Positions 36,265-52,007 of a stretch of 64,000 nucleotides of DNA are shown in pieces (position 1 is the first letter of the stretch; every line of letters begins with the position of its first letter). The notes under the pieces are model-generated. The model did not search any database, was not told the origin of the DNA, and saw nothing but the letters and a program-made list of their open reading frames with translations. The position numbers and the translations under genes are program-made. The DNA is from Lingula anatina (lineage: Eukaryota; Animalia; Brachiopoda). The stretch spans positions 9,176,001 to 9,240,000 of the forward strand of contig CM120646.1 of the NCBI GenBank assembly GCA_051362555.1, written 5' to 3'.

Positions 36265-39200
36265 TTTATGTTGTTAATGTTTGTGTCTGTACATATCGTT
36301 ATCACTGTATGTGTTTATGTTCTTACTGTTTTTGTCTGTACATATCGTTTTCACTATATGCGTTTATGTTATTACTGTTTGTGTCTGTACATATTGCGAT
36401 CACTGTGTATGTTTATGTTGTAACTGTTCCTGTCTTTACATATTTTGATCACTGTATGTGTTTATGTTGTTACTGTTTGTGTCTGTACATATTTTGATCA
36501 CTGTGTGTGTTTATGTTCTTACTGTTTGTGTTTGTACATATTATGATCACTGTGTATGATAATGTCTGTACATATTATGATCACTGTGTATGCTTATGTT
36601 GTTACTGTTTGTGTCTGTACATATTGTGATCACTGTGTATGCTTATGTTGTTACTGTTTGTGTCTCTACATATTGTGATCACTGTATGTGTTTATGTTGT
36701 TACTGTTTGAGTCTATACATATTATGATCACTGTGTGTGTTTATGTTGCTAATGTTTTTGTCTGTACATATCCTGATCACTATGTGTGTTTATGTTATTA
36801 CTGTTTGTGTCTGTACATATTATGATCACTGTATGTGTTTATGTTGTTACAGTTTGTGTCTGTACATATTATGATCACTGTGTATGCTTATGTTGTTACT
36901 GTTTGTATCTGTACATTTTGTGATCACTATATGTGTTTATGTTGTTAATGTTTGTGTCTGTACATTTTATAATCACTATGTGTGTTTATGTTGTTACTGT
37001 CCATCTTTGTACATATTGTGATAACTGTATGTGTTTATGATATTAATGTTTGTGTCTGTACAAATTATGATCACTGTGTTTGTTTATGTTGTTAATGTTT
37101 GTGTCTGTACATATTGCGATCACTGTATGTGTTTATGTTGTTACTGTTTCTGTCTGTACATATTATGATCACTGGATGTGCTTATGTTGGTATAATTTGT
37201 GTCTGTACATATCGTTATAACTGTCTGTGTTGATGTTATTACTGTTTTTGTCTGTACAAATTATGATCACTGTGTTTGTTTATGTTGTTAATGTTTGTGT
37301 CTCTACATATTGTGAATACTGTATTTGTTTATGATAGTACTGTTTGTGTCTGTACTTATTATGATCACTGTGTAATTTATGTTGTTACTGTTTGTGTCTG
37401 TACATATTATGATCTCTGTGTTTGTTTATGTTGTTAATGTTTGTGTTTGTATATATAATAATCACTGTGAGTGTTTATGTTGTTACTGTTTGTGTCTGTA
37501 CATACCGTTATCACTCTATGTGTTTATGTTCGTACTGTTTTTGTCTGTACATATCGTGATCACTGTATGTGTTTATGTTACTACGGTTTGTGTCTGTACA
37601 TATTGCGATCACTGTGTATGTTTATGTTGTTACTGTTTGTGTCTTTTCATATCGTAATCACTGTATGTGTTTATGTTATTACTGTTTGTGTCTGTACATA
37701 TTATGATCACTGTGTATGTCTATGTTGTTACTGTTTGTACATATTATGATCACTGTGAGTGGTTATGTTGTTACTGTTTGTGTCTGTACATTTTATAATC
37801 ACTATGTGTGTTTATGTTGTTAATTTTTGTGTCTGTACATATTGTTATCACTGTATGTGTTATGTTCTTTCTGTTTTTGTCTCTACATATCGTGATCACT
37901 GTATGTGTTTATGTTGTAACTGTTCCTGTCTTTACATATTCTGATCACTGTAAGTGTTTATGTTGTTACTGTTTGTGTCTGTACATATCGTTATTACTGT
38001 ATGTGTTGATGTTATTACTGTTTGTGTCTGTACATATTATGATTAATGTGTTTGTTTATGTGGTTAAAGTTTGTTTGTGTATATATTGTGATCACTGTGT
38101 ATGTTTATGTTGATACTGTTTGTGTCTGTACATATTATGATCACTGTGTATGCTTATGTTGTTACTGTTTGTGTTTGTACATATTGTGATCACTGTATGT
38201 GTTAATGTTGTTACTGTTTGTGTCTGTACATATTTTGATCACTGTGTATGCTAATGTATGTACATATTATGATCACTGTGTATGCTTATGTTATTACTGT
38301 TTGTGTCTGTACATATTATGAACACTATGTATGCTTATGTTGTTACTGTTTGTGCCTCTACATATTTTGATCACTGTATGTGTTTATCTTGTTACTGTTT
38401 GTGTCTGTACATAATATGATCACTGTGTTTGCTTATGTTGTAACTGTATGTTCATATTATGATCACTATGTATGCTTATGTTGTTACTGTTTGTGACTCT
38501 ACATATTGTGATCACTGTATGTGTTAATGTTGTTACTGTTTGTGTATGTACATATTGTGATCAGTGTGTGTGTTTATGTTGTTACTGTTTGTTTCTGTAC
38601 ATACAGTGATCACTGTATGTGTTAATGTTGTTACTGTTTGTGTTTGTACATATTATGATCACTGTGTCTGTACATATTGTAATTACTTTGTGTTTATGTT
38701 GTTTCTATTTGTGTCTGCACATATTGTGATCACTTTATGTGTTTATGATAGTACTGTTTGTGTCTGTACATATTATGATCACTGTGTATGCTTGTGATGT
38801 TACTGTTTGTGTCTGTACATTTTATAATCACTATGTGTGTTTATGTTGTTAATGTTTGTGTCTGTACATATTATGATCTCTGTGTTTGTTTATGTTGTTA
38901 ATGTTTGTTTCTGTATATATTGTGAGCAATGTATGTGCTTATGTTGTTAGTCTTTCTGTCTGTACAAATTATGATCTCTGTGTTTGTTTATGTTGTTAAT
39001 GTTTGTTTCTGTATATATTGTGAGCAATGTATGTTCTTATGTTGTTAGTGTTTGTGTCTGTACATATTATGATCACTGTGTTTGTTAAGGTGTTAATGTT
39101 TGTTTCTGTATATATTGTGAGCAATGTATGTGCTTATGTTGTTAGTGTTTCTGTCTGTACATATTGTGATCTCTGTGTTTGTTTATGATGTTACTGTTTG

Positions 39201-39666
39201 TGTCTGTACATATTATAATCACTGTATGTGCTCATGTTGCTACTCTTTGTATCTGTACATATCTTTTTTACTGTATGTGTTGATGTTATTACTGTTTGTG
39301 TCTGTACATACTATGATCATTGTATATGTTAATGTTTATTCCTATATATATTATGATCACTGTGTATGTTTACGTTGTAACTGTTTGTGTCTGTACATGT
39401 TGTTTATGTTCTTACTGTTTGTGTTTGTACATATTATGATCACTGTATGTGTTAATGTTGTTACTGTTTGTGTCTGTACATATTGTGATCAGTGTGTGTG
39501 TTTATGTTCTTACTGTTTGTGTCTGTACATATTTTGATCATTGTATATGTTAATGTTTTTACTGTTTGTGTCCGTACATATTATGATCACTGTGAGTGGT
39601 TATGTTGTTACTGTTTGTGTCTGTACATTTTACAATCACTATGTGTGTTTATGTTGTTAATGTTTG

Positions 39667-42600
39667 TGTCTGTACATATCATGATCACTGTATGTGTTTA
39701 TGTTGTAACTGTTCCTGTATTTACATATTGTGATCACTGTGTATGCTTATGTTGTTACTGTTTGTGTCTCTACATATTGTAATCACTGTGTGTGTTTATG
39801 TTGTTTCTGTTTTTGTCTGTACATATTGTGATTACTGTATGTGTTTATGTTATTACTGTTTGTGTCTGTGCATATTATAATCACTGTGTTTGTTTATGTT
39901 GTTAATGTTTGTTTCTGTATATATTGTGAGCAATGTATGTGCTTATGTTGGTAGTGTTTGTGTCTGTACATATTATGATCTCTGTGTTTGTTTATGTTGT
40001 TAATGTTTGTGTTTGTATATATAATATTCACTGTGAGTGTTTATGTTGTTACTGTTCGTGTTTGTACATATTGTGATCACTGTTTGTGTTTATGTTGTTA
40101 CTGTTGTGTCTGTACATATCATAATCACTGTATGTGTTTATGTTGTTACTGTTTGTGCCTGTTCATATTGTGATCACTGTATTTGTTTATGTTGTTACTG
40201 TCCATCTTTGTACATATTGTGATCACTGTATTTGTTTATGTTGTTACTGTTTGTGTCTGTACATATTTTGTGTCTGTACATACAAATATTTATGTCACTA
40301 GATATTGTGATCACTGTATGTGTTTATGTTGTTACTGTTTGTGTCTGTGCATATCGTAATCACTGTATGTGTTTATGTTATTACTTTTTGTGTCTGTACA
40401 TATTATGATCACTGTGTATGTTTATGTTCTTACTGTTTGTGTCTCTACATTTTATAATCACTATATGTGTTTATGTTGTAAATGTTTGTGTCTGTACATA
40501 TCGTTATCACTGTATGTGTTTATGTTCTTACTGTTTTTGTCTGTACATATCGTAGTCACTGTATGTGTTTATGTTATTACTGTTTGTGTCTGTACATAAT
40601 GGGATAACTGTGTTTGTTTATGTTGTAACTGTTTGTACATATTGTGATCACTGTATGTGTTAATGTTGTTACTGTTTGTGTCTGTACATATTTTGATCAC
40701 TATGTGTGTTTATGTTCTTACTGTTTGTGTTTGTACATATTATGATCACTGTGTATGCTAATGTCTATACATATTATGATCACTGTGTTTGTTTATGTTG
40801 TTAATGTTTCTGTCTGTACATATTGTGATCACAGTATATGTTTAACATTGCTACTCTTTGTGTCTGTACATATCGTAATTACTGTATGTGTTTATGTTAT
40901 GACTGTTTGTGTCTGTACTTATCATTATCACTGTATGTATGTTAATGTTGTAACTGTTCCTGTCTTTACATATTCTGATCACTGTATGTGTTTATGTTGT
41001 TACTGTTTTTGTCTGTACATATTATGACCATTGTGTTTGTTTATATTGTTAATGTTTGTTTCTGTATATATTGTGATCACTGTATGTGCTTATGTTGTTA
41101 GCGTTTGTGTCTGTACATATTATGATCACTGTGTTTGCTTATGTTGTAACTGTTTGTACATATTATGATCACTGTATAGGTTAATGTTGTTACTGTTTGT
41201 GTCTGTACATATTGTAATCACTTTAGGTGTTTATGATAGTACTGTTTGTGTCTGTACATATTATGATCACTGTGTATGCTTATGTTGTTACTGTTTGTGT
41301 CTGTACATATAGTGGTCTCTGTATGTGTTAATGTTGTTACTGTTTGTGTCTGTACACATTGTGATCACTGTGAGTGTTTATGTTCTTACTGTTTGTGTTT
41401 GTACATCTCATGATCACTGTGTCTGTACATATTATGGTCACTGTGTATGTTTATGTTGTTACTTTTTGTGTGTGTACATATTGTGATCACTGTGTATGCT
41501 TTTGTTGTTACTGTTTGTGTCTCTACATATTGTGATCACTGTGTGTGTGTTTATGTTTTTACTGTTTGTGTCTGTACATATTGTGATCACTTTATGTGTT
41601 TATGATAGTACTGTTTGTGTCTGTACATATTATGATCACTGTGTATGCTCATGTTGTTATTGTTTGTGTCTGTACATATTGTGATCACTGTATGTGTTAA
41701 TTTTGTTACTGTTGTTGCTGTACATATTATGATCACTGTGTGTGTTTATGTTCTTACTGTTTTTGTTCGTACATATTGTGATCACTCTGTATGCTGATGT
41801 TGTAACTGTTTGTGTATATATAATGATAATTGTATGTGCTTATGTTGCTATTCTTTGTGTCTGTACATATCGTTATCACTGTATCTGTTTATGTTGTTAC
41901 TGTTTGTGTCTGTACATTTTATAATCACAATGTGTGTTTATGTTGTGGATGTTTGTGTCTGTACATATCGTTATCACTGTATGTGTTTATGTTCTTACTG
42001 TTTTTGTCGGTACATATTGCAATCAACGTGTTTGTTTATGTTGTAACAGTTCCTGTCTTTACATATTCTGATCACTGTATGTGTTTATATTGTTACTGTT
42101 TATGTCTGTATGTATCATGATCACTGTATGTGCTTATGTTGCTACTCTTTGTGTCTGTACATATTGTTATTACTGTATGTGTGGATGTTATTACTGTTTG
42201 TGTCTGTACATATTATGATTACTGTGTTTGTTTATGTTGTTAATGTTTGTTTGTGTGTATATTGTGATCAATGTGTATGTTTGTGTTGTAACTGTTTGTG
42301 TCTGTACATATTGTTTATGTTCTTACTGTTTGTGTCTTTACATATTATGATCACTGTATGTGTAAATGTTGTTACTGTTTGTGTCTGCACATATTGTGAT
42401 CAGTGTGTGTGTTTATGTTGTTACTGTTTGTGTCTGTACATATCGTTATCACTGTATGTGTTTATGTTCTTATTGTTTTTGTCTGTACATATTGCAATCA
42501 ACGTGTATGTTTATGTTGTAACAGTCCCTGTCTTTACATATTCTGATCACTGTATGTGTTTATATTGTTACTGTTTGTGTCTGCACATATTTTGATAACT

Positions 42601-45600
42601 GTTTTTGTTTATGTTCTTAGTCTTTGTGTCTGTACATATGTTTATCACTGTAGGTGTTTATGTTATTACTGTTTGTGTCTGTGCATATTATGATTACTGT
42701 GTTTGTTTATGTTGTTAATGTTTGTGTCTGTACATATCGTTATCATTGTATGTGTTTATGTTCTTACTGTTTTTGTCTGTACATATCATGATCACTGTAT
42801 GTGTTTATGTTGTAACTGTTCCTGTATTTACATATTGTGATCACTGTGTATGCTTATGTTGTTACTGTTTGTGTCTCTACATATTGTAATCACTGTGTGT
42901 GTTTATGTTGTTTCTGTTTTTGTCTGTACATATTGTGATTACTGTATGTGTTTATGTTATTACTGTTTGTGTCTGTGCATATTATAATCACTGTGTTTGT
43001 TTATGTTGTTAATGTTTGTTTCTGTATATATTGTGAGCAATGTATGTGCTTATGTTGGTAGTGTTTGTGTCTGTACATATTATGATCTCTGTGTTTGTTT
43101 ATGTTGTTAATGTTTGTGTTTGTATATATAATATTCACTGTGAGTGTTTATGTTGTTACTGTTCGTGTTTGTACATATTGTGATCACTGTTTGTGTTTAT
43201 GTTGTTACTGTTGTGTCTGTACATATCATAATCACTGTATGTGTTTATGTTGTTACTGTTTGTGCCTGTTCATATTGTGATCACTGTATTTGTTTATGTT
43301 GTTACTGTCCATCTTTGTACATATTGTGATCACTGTATTTGTTTATGTTGTTACTGTTTGTGTCTGTACATATTTTGTGTCTGTACATACAAATATTTAT
43401 GTCACTAGATATTGTGATCACTGTATGTGTTTATGTTGTTACTGTTTGTGTCTGTGCATATCGTAATCACTGTATGTGTTTATGTTATTACTTTTTGTGT
43501 CTGTACATATTATGATCACTGTGTATGTTTATGTTCTTACTGTTTGTGTCTCTACATTTTATAATCACTATATGTGTTTATGTTGTAAATGTTTGTGTCT
43601 GTACATATCGTTATCACTGTATGTGTTTATGTTCTTACTGTTTTTGTCTGTACATATCGTAGTCACTGTATGTGTTTATGTTATTACTGTTTGTGTCTGT
43701 ACATAATGGGATAACTGTGTTTGTTTATGTTGTAACTGTTTGTACATATTGTGATCACTGTATGTGTTAATGTTGTTACTGTTTGTGTCTGTACATATTT
43801 TGATCACTATGTGTGTTTATGTTCTTACTGTTTGTGTTTGTACATATTATGATCACTGTGTATGCTAATGTATGTACATATTATGATCACTGTGTTTGTT
43901 TATGTTGTTAATGTTTCTGTCTGTACATATTGTGATCACAGTATATGTTTAACATTGCTACTCTTTGTGTCTGTACATATCGTAATTACTGTATGTGTTT
44001 ATGTTATGACTGTTTGTGTCTGTACTTATCATTATCACTGTATGTATGTTAATGTTGTAACTGTTCCTGTCTTTACATATTCTGATCACTGTATGTGTTT
44101 ATGTTGTTACTGTTTTTGTCTGTACATATTATGACCATTGTGTTTGTTTATATTGTTAATGTTTGTTTCTGTATATATTGTGATCACTGTATGTGCTTAT
44201 GTTGTTAGCGTTTGTGTCTGTACATATTATGATCACTGTGTTTGCTTATGTTGTAACTGTTTGTACATATTATGATCACTGTATAGGTTAATGTTGTTAC
44301 TGTTTGTGTCTGTACATATTGTAATCACTTTAGGTGTTTATGATAGTACTGTTTGTGTCTGTACATATTATGATCACTGTGTATGCTTATGTTGTTACTG
44401 TTTGTGTCTGTACATATAGTGGTCTCTGTATGTGTTAATGTTGTTACTGTTTGTGTCTGTACACATTGTGATCACTGTGAGTTTTTATGTTCTTACTGTT
44501 TGTGTTTGTACATCTCATGATCACTGTGTCTGTACATATTATGGTCACTGTGTATGTTTATGTTGTTACTTTTTGTGTGTGTACATATTGTGATCACTGT
44601 GTATGCTTTTGTTGTTACTGTTTGTGTCTCTACATATTGTGATCACTGTGTGTGTGTTTATGTTTTTACTGTTTGTGTCTGTACATATTGTGATCACTTT
44701 ATGTGTTTATGATAGTACTGTTTGTGTCTGTACATATTATGATCACTGTGTATGCTCATGTTGTTATTGTTTGTGTCTGTACATATTGTGATCACTGTAT
44801 GTGTTAATTTTGTTACTGTTGTTGCTGTACATATTATGATCACTGTGTGTGTTTATGTTCTTACTGTTTTTGTTCGTACATATTGTGATCACTCTGTATG
44901 CTGATGTTGTAACTGTTTGTGTATATATAATGATAATTGTATGTGCTTATGTTGCTATTCTTTGTGTCTGTACATATCGTTATCACTGTATCTGTTTATG
45001 TTGTTACTGTTTGTGTCTGTACATTTTATAATCACAATGTGTGTTTATGTTGTGGATGTTTGTGTCTGTACATATCGTTATCACTGTATGTGTTTATGTT
45101 CTTACTGTTTTTGTCGGTACATATTGCAATCAACGTGTTTGTTTATGTTGTAACAGTTCCTGTCTTTACATATTCTGATCACTGTATGTGTTTATATTGT
45201 TACTGTTTATGTCTGTATGTATCATGATCACTGTATGTGCTTATGTTGCTACTCTTTGTGTCTGTACATATTGTTATTACTGTATGTGTGGATGTTATTA
45301 CTGTTTGTGTCTGTACATATTATGATTACTGTGTTTGTTTATGTTGTTAATGTTTGTTTGTGTGTATATTGTGATCAATGTGTATGTTTGTGTTGTAACT
45401 GTTTGTGTCTGTACATATTGTTTATGTTTCTTACTCTTTGTGTCTTTACATATTATGATCACTGTATGTGTAAATGTTGTTACTGTTTGTGTCTGCACAT
45501 ATTGTGATCAGTGTGTGTGTTTATGTTGTTACTGTTTGTGTCTGTACATATCGTTATCACTGTATGTGTTTATGTTCTTATTGTTTTTGTCTGTACATAT

Positions 45601-45834
45601 TGCAATCAACGTGTATGTTTATGTTGTAACAGTCCCTGTCTTTACATATTCTGATCACTGTATGTGTTTATATTGTTACTGTTTGTGTCTGCACATATTT
45701 TGATAACTGTTTTTGTTTATGTTCTTAGTCTTTGTGTCTGTACATATGTTTATCACTGTAGGTGTTTATGTTATTACTGTTTGTGTCTGTGCATATTATG
45801 ATTACTGTGTTTGTTTATGTTGTTAATGTTTGTT
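39667..45834. repeat. Near-identical 3107-bp tandem duplication of satellite
   Basis: Diagnostic variants and ORF-track pairs recur at offset 3107 (39988/43095, 40369/43476, 41496/44603, 42110/45217). Confidence 0.92.
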
Positions 45835-48800
45835 TGTGTGTATATTGTGATCAATGTGTATGTTTGTGTTGTAACTGTTTGTGTCTGTACATATTGTTTA
45901 TGTTCTTACTGTTTGTGTCTGTACATATTGTGATCACTGTATGTTAATGTTGTTACTGTTTGTGTCTGTACATATTGTGATCACTGTGAGTGTTTATGTT
46001 CTTACTGTTTGTGTTTGTACATCTCATGATCACTGTGTCTGTACATAATATGGTCACTGTGTATGTTTATGTTGTTACTTTTTGTGTGTGTACATATTGT
46101 GATCACTGTGTATGCTTTTGTTGTTACTGTTTGTGTCTCTACATATTGTGATCACTGTGTGTGTTTTTATGTTTTTACTGTTTGTGTCTGTACATATTGT
46201 GATCACTTTATGTGTTTATGATAGTACTGTTTGTGTCTGTACATATTATGATCACTGTGTATGCTCATGTTGTTATTGTTTGTGTCTGTACATATTGTGA
46301 TCACTGTATGTGTTAATGTTGTTACTGTTTGTGTCTGTACATATTGTGATCACTGTATGTATTAATTTTGTTACTGTTGTTGCTTTACATATTATTATCA
46401 CTGTGTGTGTTTATGTTCTTACTGTTTGTATTCGTACATATTGTGATCACTGTGTATGCTGATGTTGTAACTGTTTGTGTATATATAATGATAACTGTAT
46501 GTGCTTATGTTGCTACTCTTTGTGTCTGTACATATCGTTATCACTGTATCTGTTTATGTTGTTACTGTTTGTGTCTGTACATTTTATAATCACAATGTGT
46601 GTTTATGTTGTGGATGTTTGTGTCTGTACATATCGTTATCACTGTATGTGTTTATGTTCTTACTGTTTTTGTCTGTACATATTGCAATCAACGTGTTTGT
46701 TTATGTTGTAACAGTTCATGTCACAACATATTCTGATCACTGTATGTGTTTATATTGTTACTGTTTATGTCTGTACATATTATGATCACTGTATGTGCTT
46801 ATGTTGCTATTCTTTGTGTCTGTACATATTGTTATTACTGTATGTGTGGATGTTATTACTGTTTGTGTCTGTACATATTATGATTACTGTGTTTGTTTAT
46901 GTTGTTAATGTTTGTTTGTGTGTATATTGTGATCAATGTGTATGTTTGTGTTGTAACTGTTTGTGTCTGTACATATTGTTTATGTTCTTACTGTTTGTGT
47001 CTATACATATTATGATCACTGTATGTGTAAATGTTGTTACTGTTTGTGTCTGTACATATTGTGATCAGTGTGTGTGTTTATGTTGTTACTGTTTGTGTCT
47101 GTACATATCGTTATCACTGTATGTGTTTATGTTCTTACTATTTTTGTCTGTACATATTGCAATCAACGTGTATGTTTATGTTGTAACAGTTCCTGTCTTT
47201 ACATATTCTGATCACTGTATGTGTTTATATTGTTACTGTTTGTGTCTGCACATATTTTGATAACTGTTTTTGTTTATGTTCTTAGTCTTTGTGTCTGTAC
47301 ATATCTTTATCACTGTAGGTGTTTATGTTATTACTGTTTGTGTCTGTACATATTATGATTACTGTGTTTGTTTATGTTGTTAATGTTTGTTTGTGTGAAT
47401 ATTGTGATCAATGTGTATGTTTGTGTTGTAACTGTTTGTGTCTGTACATATTGTTTATGTTCTTACTGTTTGTGTCTGTACATATTGTATTCACTGTATG
47501 TGTTTATGATGTTAATGTTTGTGTCTGTACATATTGTGATCACTGTATGTTAATGTTGTTACTGTTTGTGTCTGTACATATTGTGATCACTGTGAGTGTT
47601 TATGTTCTTACTGTTTGTGTTTGTACATCTCATGATCACTGTGTCTGTACATATTATGGTCACTGTGTATGTTTATGTTGTTTCTTTTTGTGTCTCTACA
47701 TATTGTGATCACAGTGTGTGTGTTTATGTTGTTACTGTTTGTGTCTGTACATATTGTGATCACTGTGTGTGTTTATGTTCTAACTGTTTGTGTTTGTACA
47801 TATTATGATCACTGTGTATGCTTATCTTGTTATTGTTTGTGTCTGTACATATTGTGATCACTGTATGTCTTAATGTTGTTACTGTTTGTGTCTATACATA
47901 TTATGATCACTGTGTGTGTTTATGTTCTTACTGTTTGTGTTTGTAAATATTATGATCACTGTGTATGCAGATGTTTGTGTATTTATTATGAATACTGTTT
48001 TTGTTTATGTTCTTAATGTTTGTGTCTGTAGAGTTTGTGTTCACTGTATTTATTTATATTGTTATTTTTTGTTTGTACATATTGTGATCACTGTGTGTGT
48101 TTATGTTGTTACTGTTTGTGTCTGTACATATTGTTTATGTTGTTACTGTTTCTGTCTGTACATATTATGATCACTGTATGTGTTAACGTTGTAACTGTTT
48201 GTGTCTGTACATATTTTGATCACTGTGTATGCTGATGTTGTTACTGTGTGTGTCTGTACATATTGTGATCAGTGTATGTGTTTATGTTCTTACTGTTTGT
48301 GTATGTACGTATTGTGATCACTGTATGCTGATGTTGTTACTGTTTGTGTCTGTACATATTTTGATAACTGTTGGTGTTTATGTTATTACTGTTTGTGTAT
48401 GTACATATTGTATTCACTTTATGTGTTTATGTTGTTAATGTTTGTGTCTGTACATATTGTGATCAGTGTATGTTAATGTTGTTACTGTTCTCTTTGTACA
48501 TATTGTGATAACTGTATTTGTTTATGTTGTTACTGTTTGTGTATGTACATATTGTGATCACTGTGTATGCTTACGTTGTTACTGTTTGTGTCTCTACATA
48601 TTGTGATCACTGTATGTGTTTATGTTGTTAATGTTTGTGTCTGTACATATTATGATCACTGTGTATGCTTATGTTGATACTGTTTGTCTCTGTACATATT
48701 GTAATCACTTTAGGTGTTTATGATAGTACTGTTTGTGTCTGTACATATTATGATCACTGTGTATGCTTATGTTGTTACTGTTTGTGTCTGTACATATAGT

Positions 48801-51800
48801 GGTCTCTGTATGTGTTAATGTTGTTACTGTTTGTGTCTGTACACATTGTGATCACTGTGAGTGTTTATGTTCTTACTGTTTGTGTTTGTACATCTCATGA
48901 TCACTGTGTCTGTACATATTATGGTCACTGTGTATGTTTATGTTGTTACTTTTTGTGTGTGTACATATTGTGATCACTGTGTATGCTTTTGTTGTTACTG
49001 TTTGTGTCTCTACATATTGTGATCACTGTGTGTGTGTTTATGTTTTTACTGTTTGTGTCTGTACATATTGTGATCACTTTATGTGTTTATGATAGTACTG
49101 TTTGTGTCTGTACATATTATGATCACTATGTATGCTCATGTTGTTATTGTTTGTGTCTGTACATATTGTGATCACTGTATGTGTTAATGTTCTTACTGTT
49201 TGTGTCTATACATATTATGATCACTGTATGTGTAAATGTTGTTACTGTTTGTGTCTGTACATATTGTGATCAGTGTGTGTGTTTATGTTGTTACTGTTTG
49301 TGTCTGTACATATCGTTATCACTGTATGTGTTTATGTTCTTACTGTTTTTGTCTGTACATATTGCAATCAACGTGTATGTTTATGTTGTAACAGTTCCTG
49401 TCTTATCATATTCTGATCACTGTATGTGTTTATATTGTTACTGTTTGTGTCTGCACATATTTTGATAACTGTTTTTTTTTATGTTCTTAGTCTTTGTGTC
49501 TGTACATATCTTTATCACTGTAGGTGTTTATGTTATTACTGTTTGTGTCTGTACATATTATGATTACTGTGTTTGTTTATGTTGTTAATGTTTGTTTGTG
49601 TGTATATTGTGATCAATGTGTATGTTTGTGTTGTAACTGTTTGTGTCTGTACATATTGTTTATGTTCTTACTGTTTGTGTCTGTACATATTGTATTCACT
49701 GTATGTGTTTATGATGTTAATGTTTGTGTCTGTACATATTGTGATCACTGTATGTTAATGTTGTTACTGTTTGTGTCTGTACATATTGTGATCACTGTAT
49801 GTGTTTATGTTGTTACTGTTCTCTTTGTACATATTGTGATAACTGTATTTGTTTATGTTGTTACTGTTTGTGTCTGTTCATATTGTGATCACTGTGTATG
49901 CTTATGTTGTTACTGTTTGTGTCTCTACATATTGTGATCACTGTATGTGTTTATGTTGTTAATGTTTGTGTCTGTACATATTGTGATAACTTTATGTGTT
50001 TATGATAGTACTGATTGTGTCTGTACATATTATGATCACTGTGTATGCTTATGTTGTGATCACTGTTTGTGTCTGTACATATTGTGATCACTGTATGTGT
50101 TAATGATGTAATTATTGGTGTCTGTACATATTGTGATCACTGTGTGAGGTTGTTCTTACTGTTTTTGTTTGTACATATTACTGTGTATGCTTATGTTGTT
50201 AATGTTTGTGTCTGTACATACTATTGTCACTGTATGTGTTTATGTTGTTACTGTTTGTATCTGTATATATTGTGATCACTGTTTGTGTTTATGTTGTTAC
50301 TGTTTGTGTGTGTACATATTATGATTACTTTGTATTTTTATGTTGCTACTCTTTGTGTCTATACATATTGTGATCACTGTATGTGTTTATGTTGTTACTG
50401 TTTGTGTCTGTACATATTGTGATCACTGTTTGTGTTTATGTTGTTACTGTTTGTGTGTGTACATATTATGATTACTTTGTATTTTTATGTTGCTACTCTT
50501 TGTGTCTATACATATTGTGATCACTGTATGTGTTTATGTTGTTACTGTTTGTGTCTGTACATATTGTGATCACTGTTTGTGTTATGTTGTTACTGTTTGT
50601 GTGTGTACATATTATGATCACTTTGTATTCTTATGTTGTTACTGTTTATGTCTATATATATCGTGATCACTGTATGTGTTTATGTTGTTACTGTTTGTGT
50701 CTGTACATATTGTGATCACTGTTTGTGTTATGTTGTTACTGTTTGTGTGTGTACATATTATGATCACTTTGTATTCTTATGTTGTTACTGTTTGTGTCTG
50801 TACATATTGTGTTCACTGTATGTGCTTATGTTGTTACTGTTTGTGTCTGTACATATTGTGATCACTGTTTGTGTTATGTTGTTACTGTTTGTGTGTGTAC
50901 ATATTATGATCACTTTGTATTCTTATGTTGTTACTGTTTGTGTCTGTACATATTGTGTTCACTGTATGTGCTTATGTTGTAACTGTTTGTGTCTGTTCAT
51001 ATCGTGATCACTTTACATTGTTATGTTGTTACTGTGTCTGTACATATTGTGATCACTTTGTATTCTTATGATGTTACTGTTTTTATCTGTACATATTGTG
51101 TTCACTGTATGTGTTTATGTTGTTACTGTTTGTGTCTGTACATATTGTGATCACTGTTTGTGTTTATGTTGTTACTATTTGTGTGTGTACATATTATGAT
51201 TACTTTGTATTTTTATTTTGCTACTCTTTGTGTCTATACATATCGTGATCACTGTATGTGTTTATGTTGTTACTGTTTGTGTCTGTACATATTGTGATCA
51301 CTGTTTGTGTTATGTTGTTACTGTTTGTGTGTGTACATATTATGATCACTTTGTATTCTTATGTTGTTACTGTTTGTGTCTGTACATATTGTGTTCACTG
51401 TATGTGCTTATGTTGTAACTGTTTGTGTCTGTTCATATCGTGATCACTTTACATTGTTATGTAGTTACTGTTTGTGTCTTTATATATTTTGATCACTGTA
51501 CATGTTTATGTTGTTACTGTTTGTGTCTGTACATATTGTGATCACTGTATGTGTTTATGTTGTAACTGTTTGTGTCTGTACATATTGTGATCACTGTTTG
51601 TGTTATGTTGTTACTGTTTGTGTGTGTACATATTATGATCACTTTGTATTCTTATGTTGTTACTGTTTATGTCTGTACATATTGTGATCACTTTATGTGT
51701 TAATGTTATTACTGTTTGTGTCTGTACATATTGTGATCACTGTGTATACTTAGGTTGTTACTGTGTCTGTACATATTGTGATCTCTTTGTATTCTTATAT

Positions 51801-52007
51801 TGTTACTGTTTGTGTCTGTACATATTGTGTTCACTGTATGTGCTTATGTTGTAACTGTTTGTGTCTGTTCATATCGTGATCACTTTACATTGTTATGTTG
51901 TTACTGTTTGTGTCTTTATATATTTTGATTACTGTACATGTTTATGTTGTTATTGTTTGTGTCTGTACATATTATGATTACTTTACGTGTTTATGTTGTT
52001 ATTCTTT

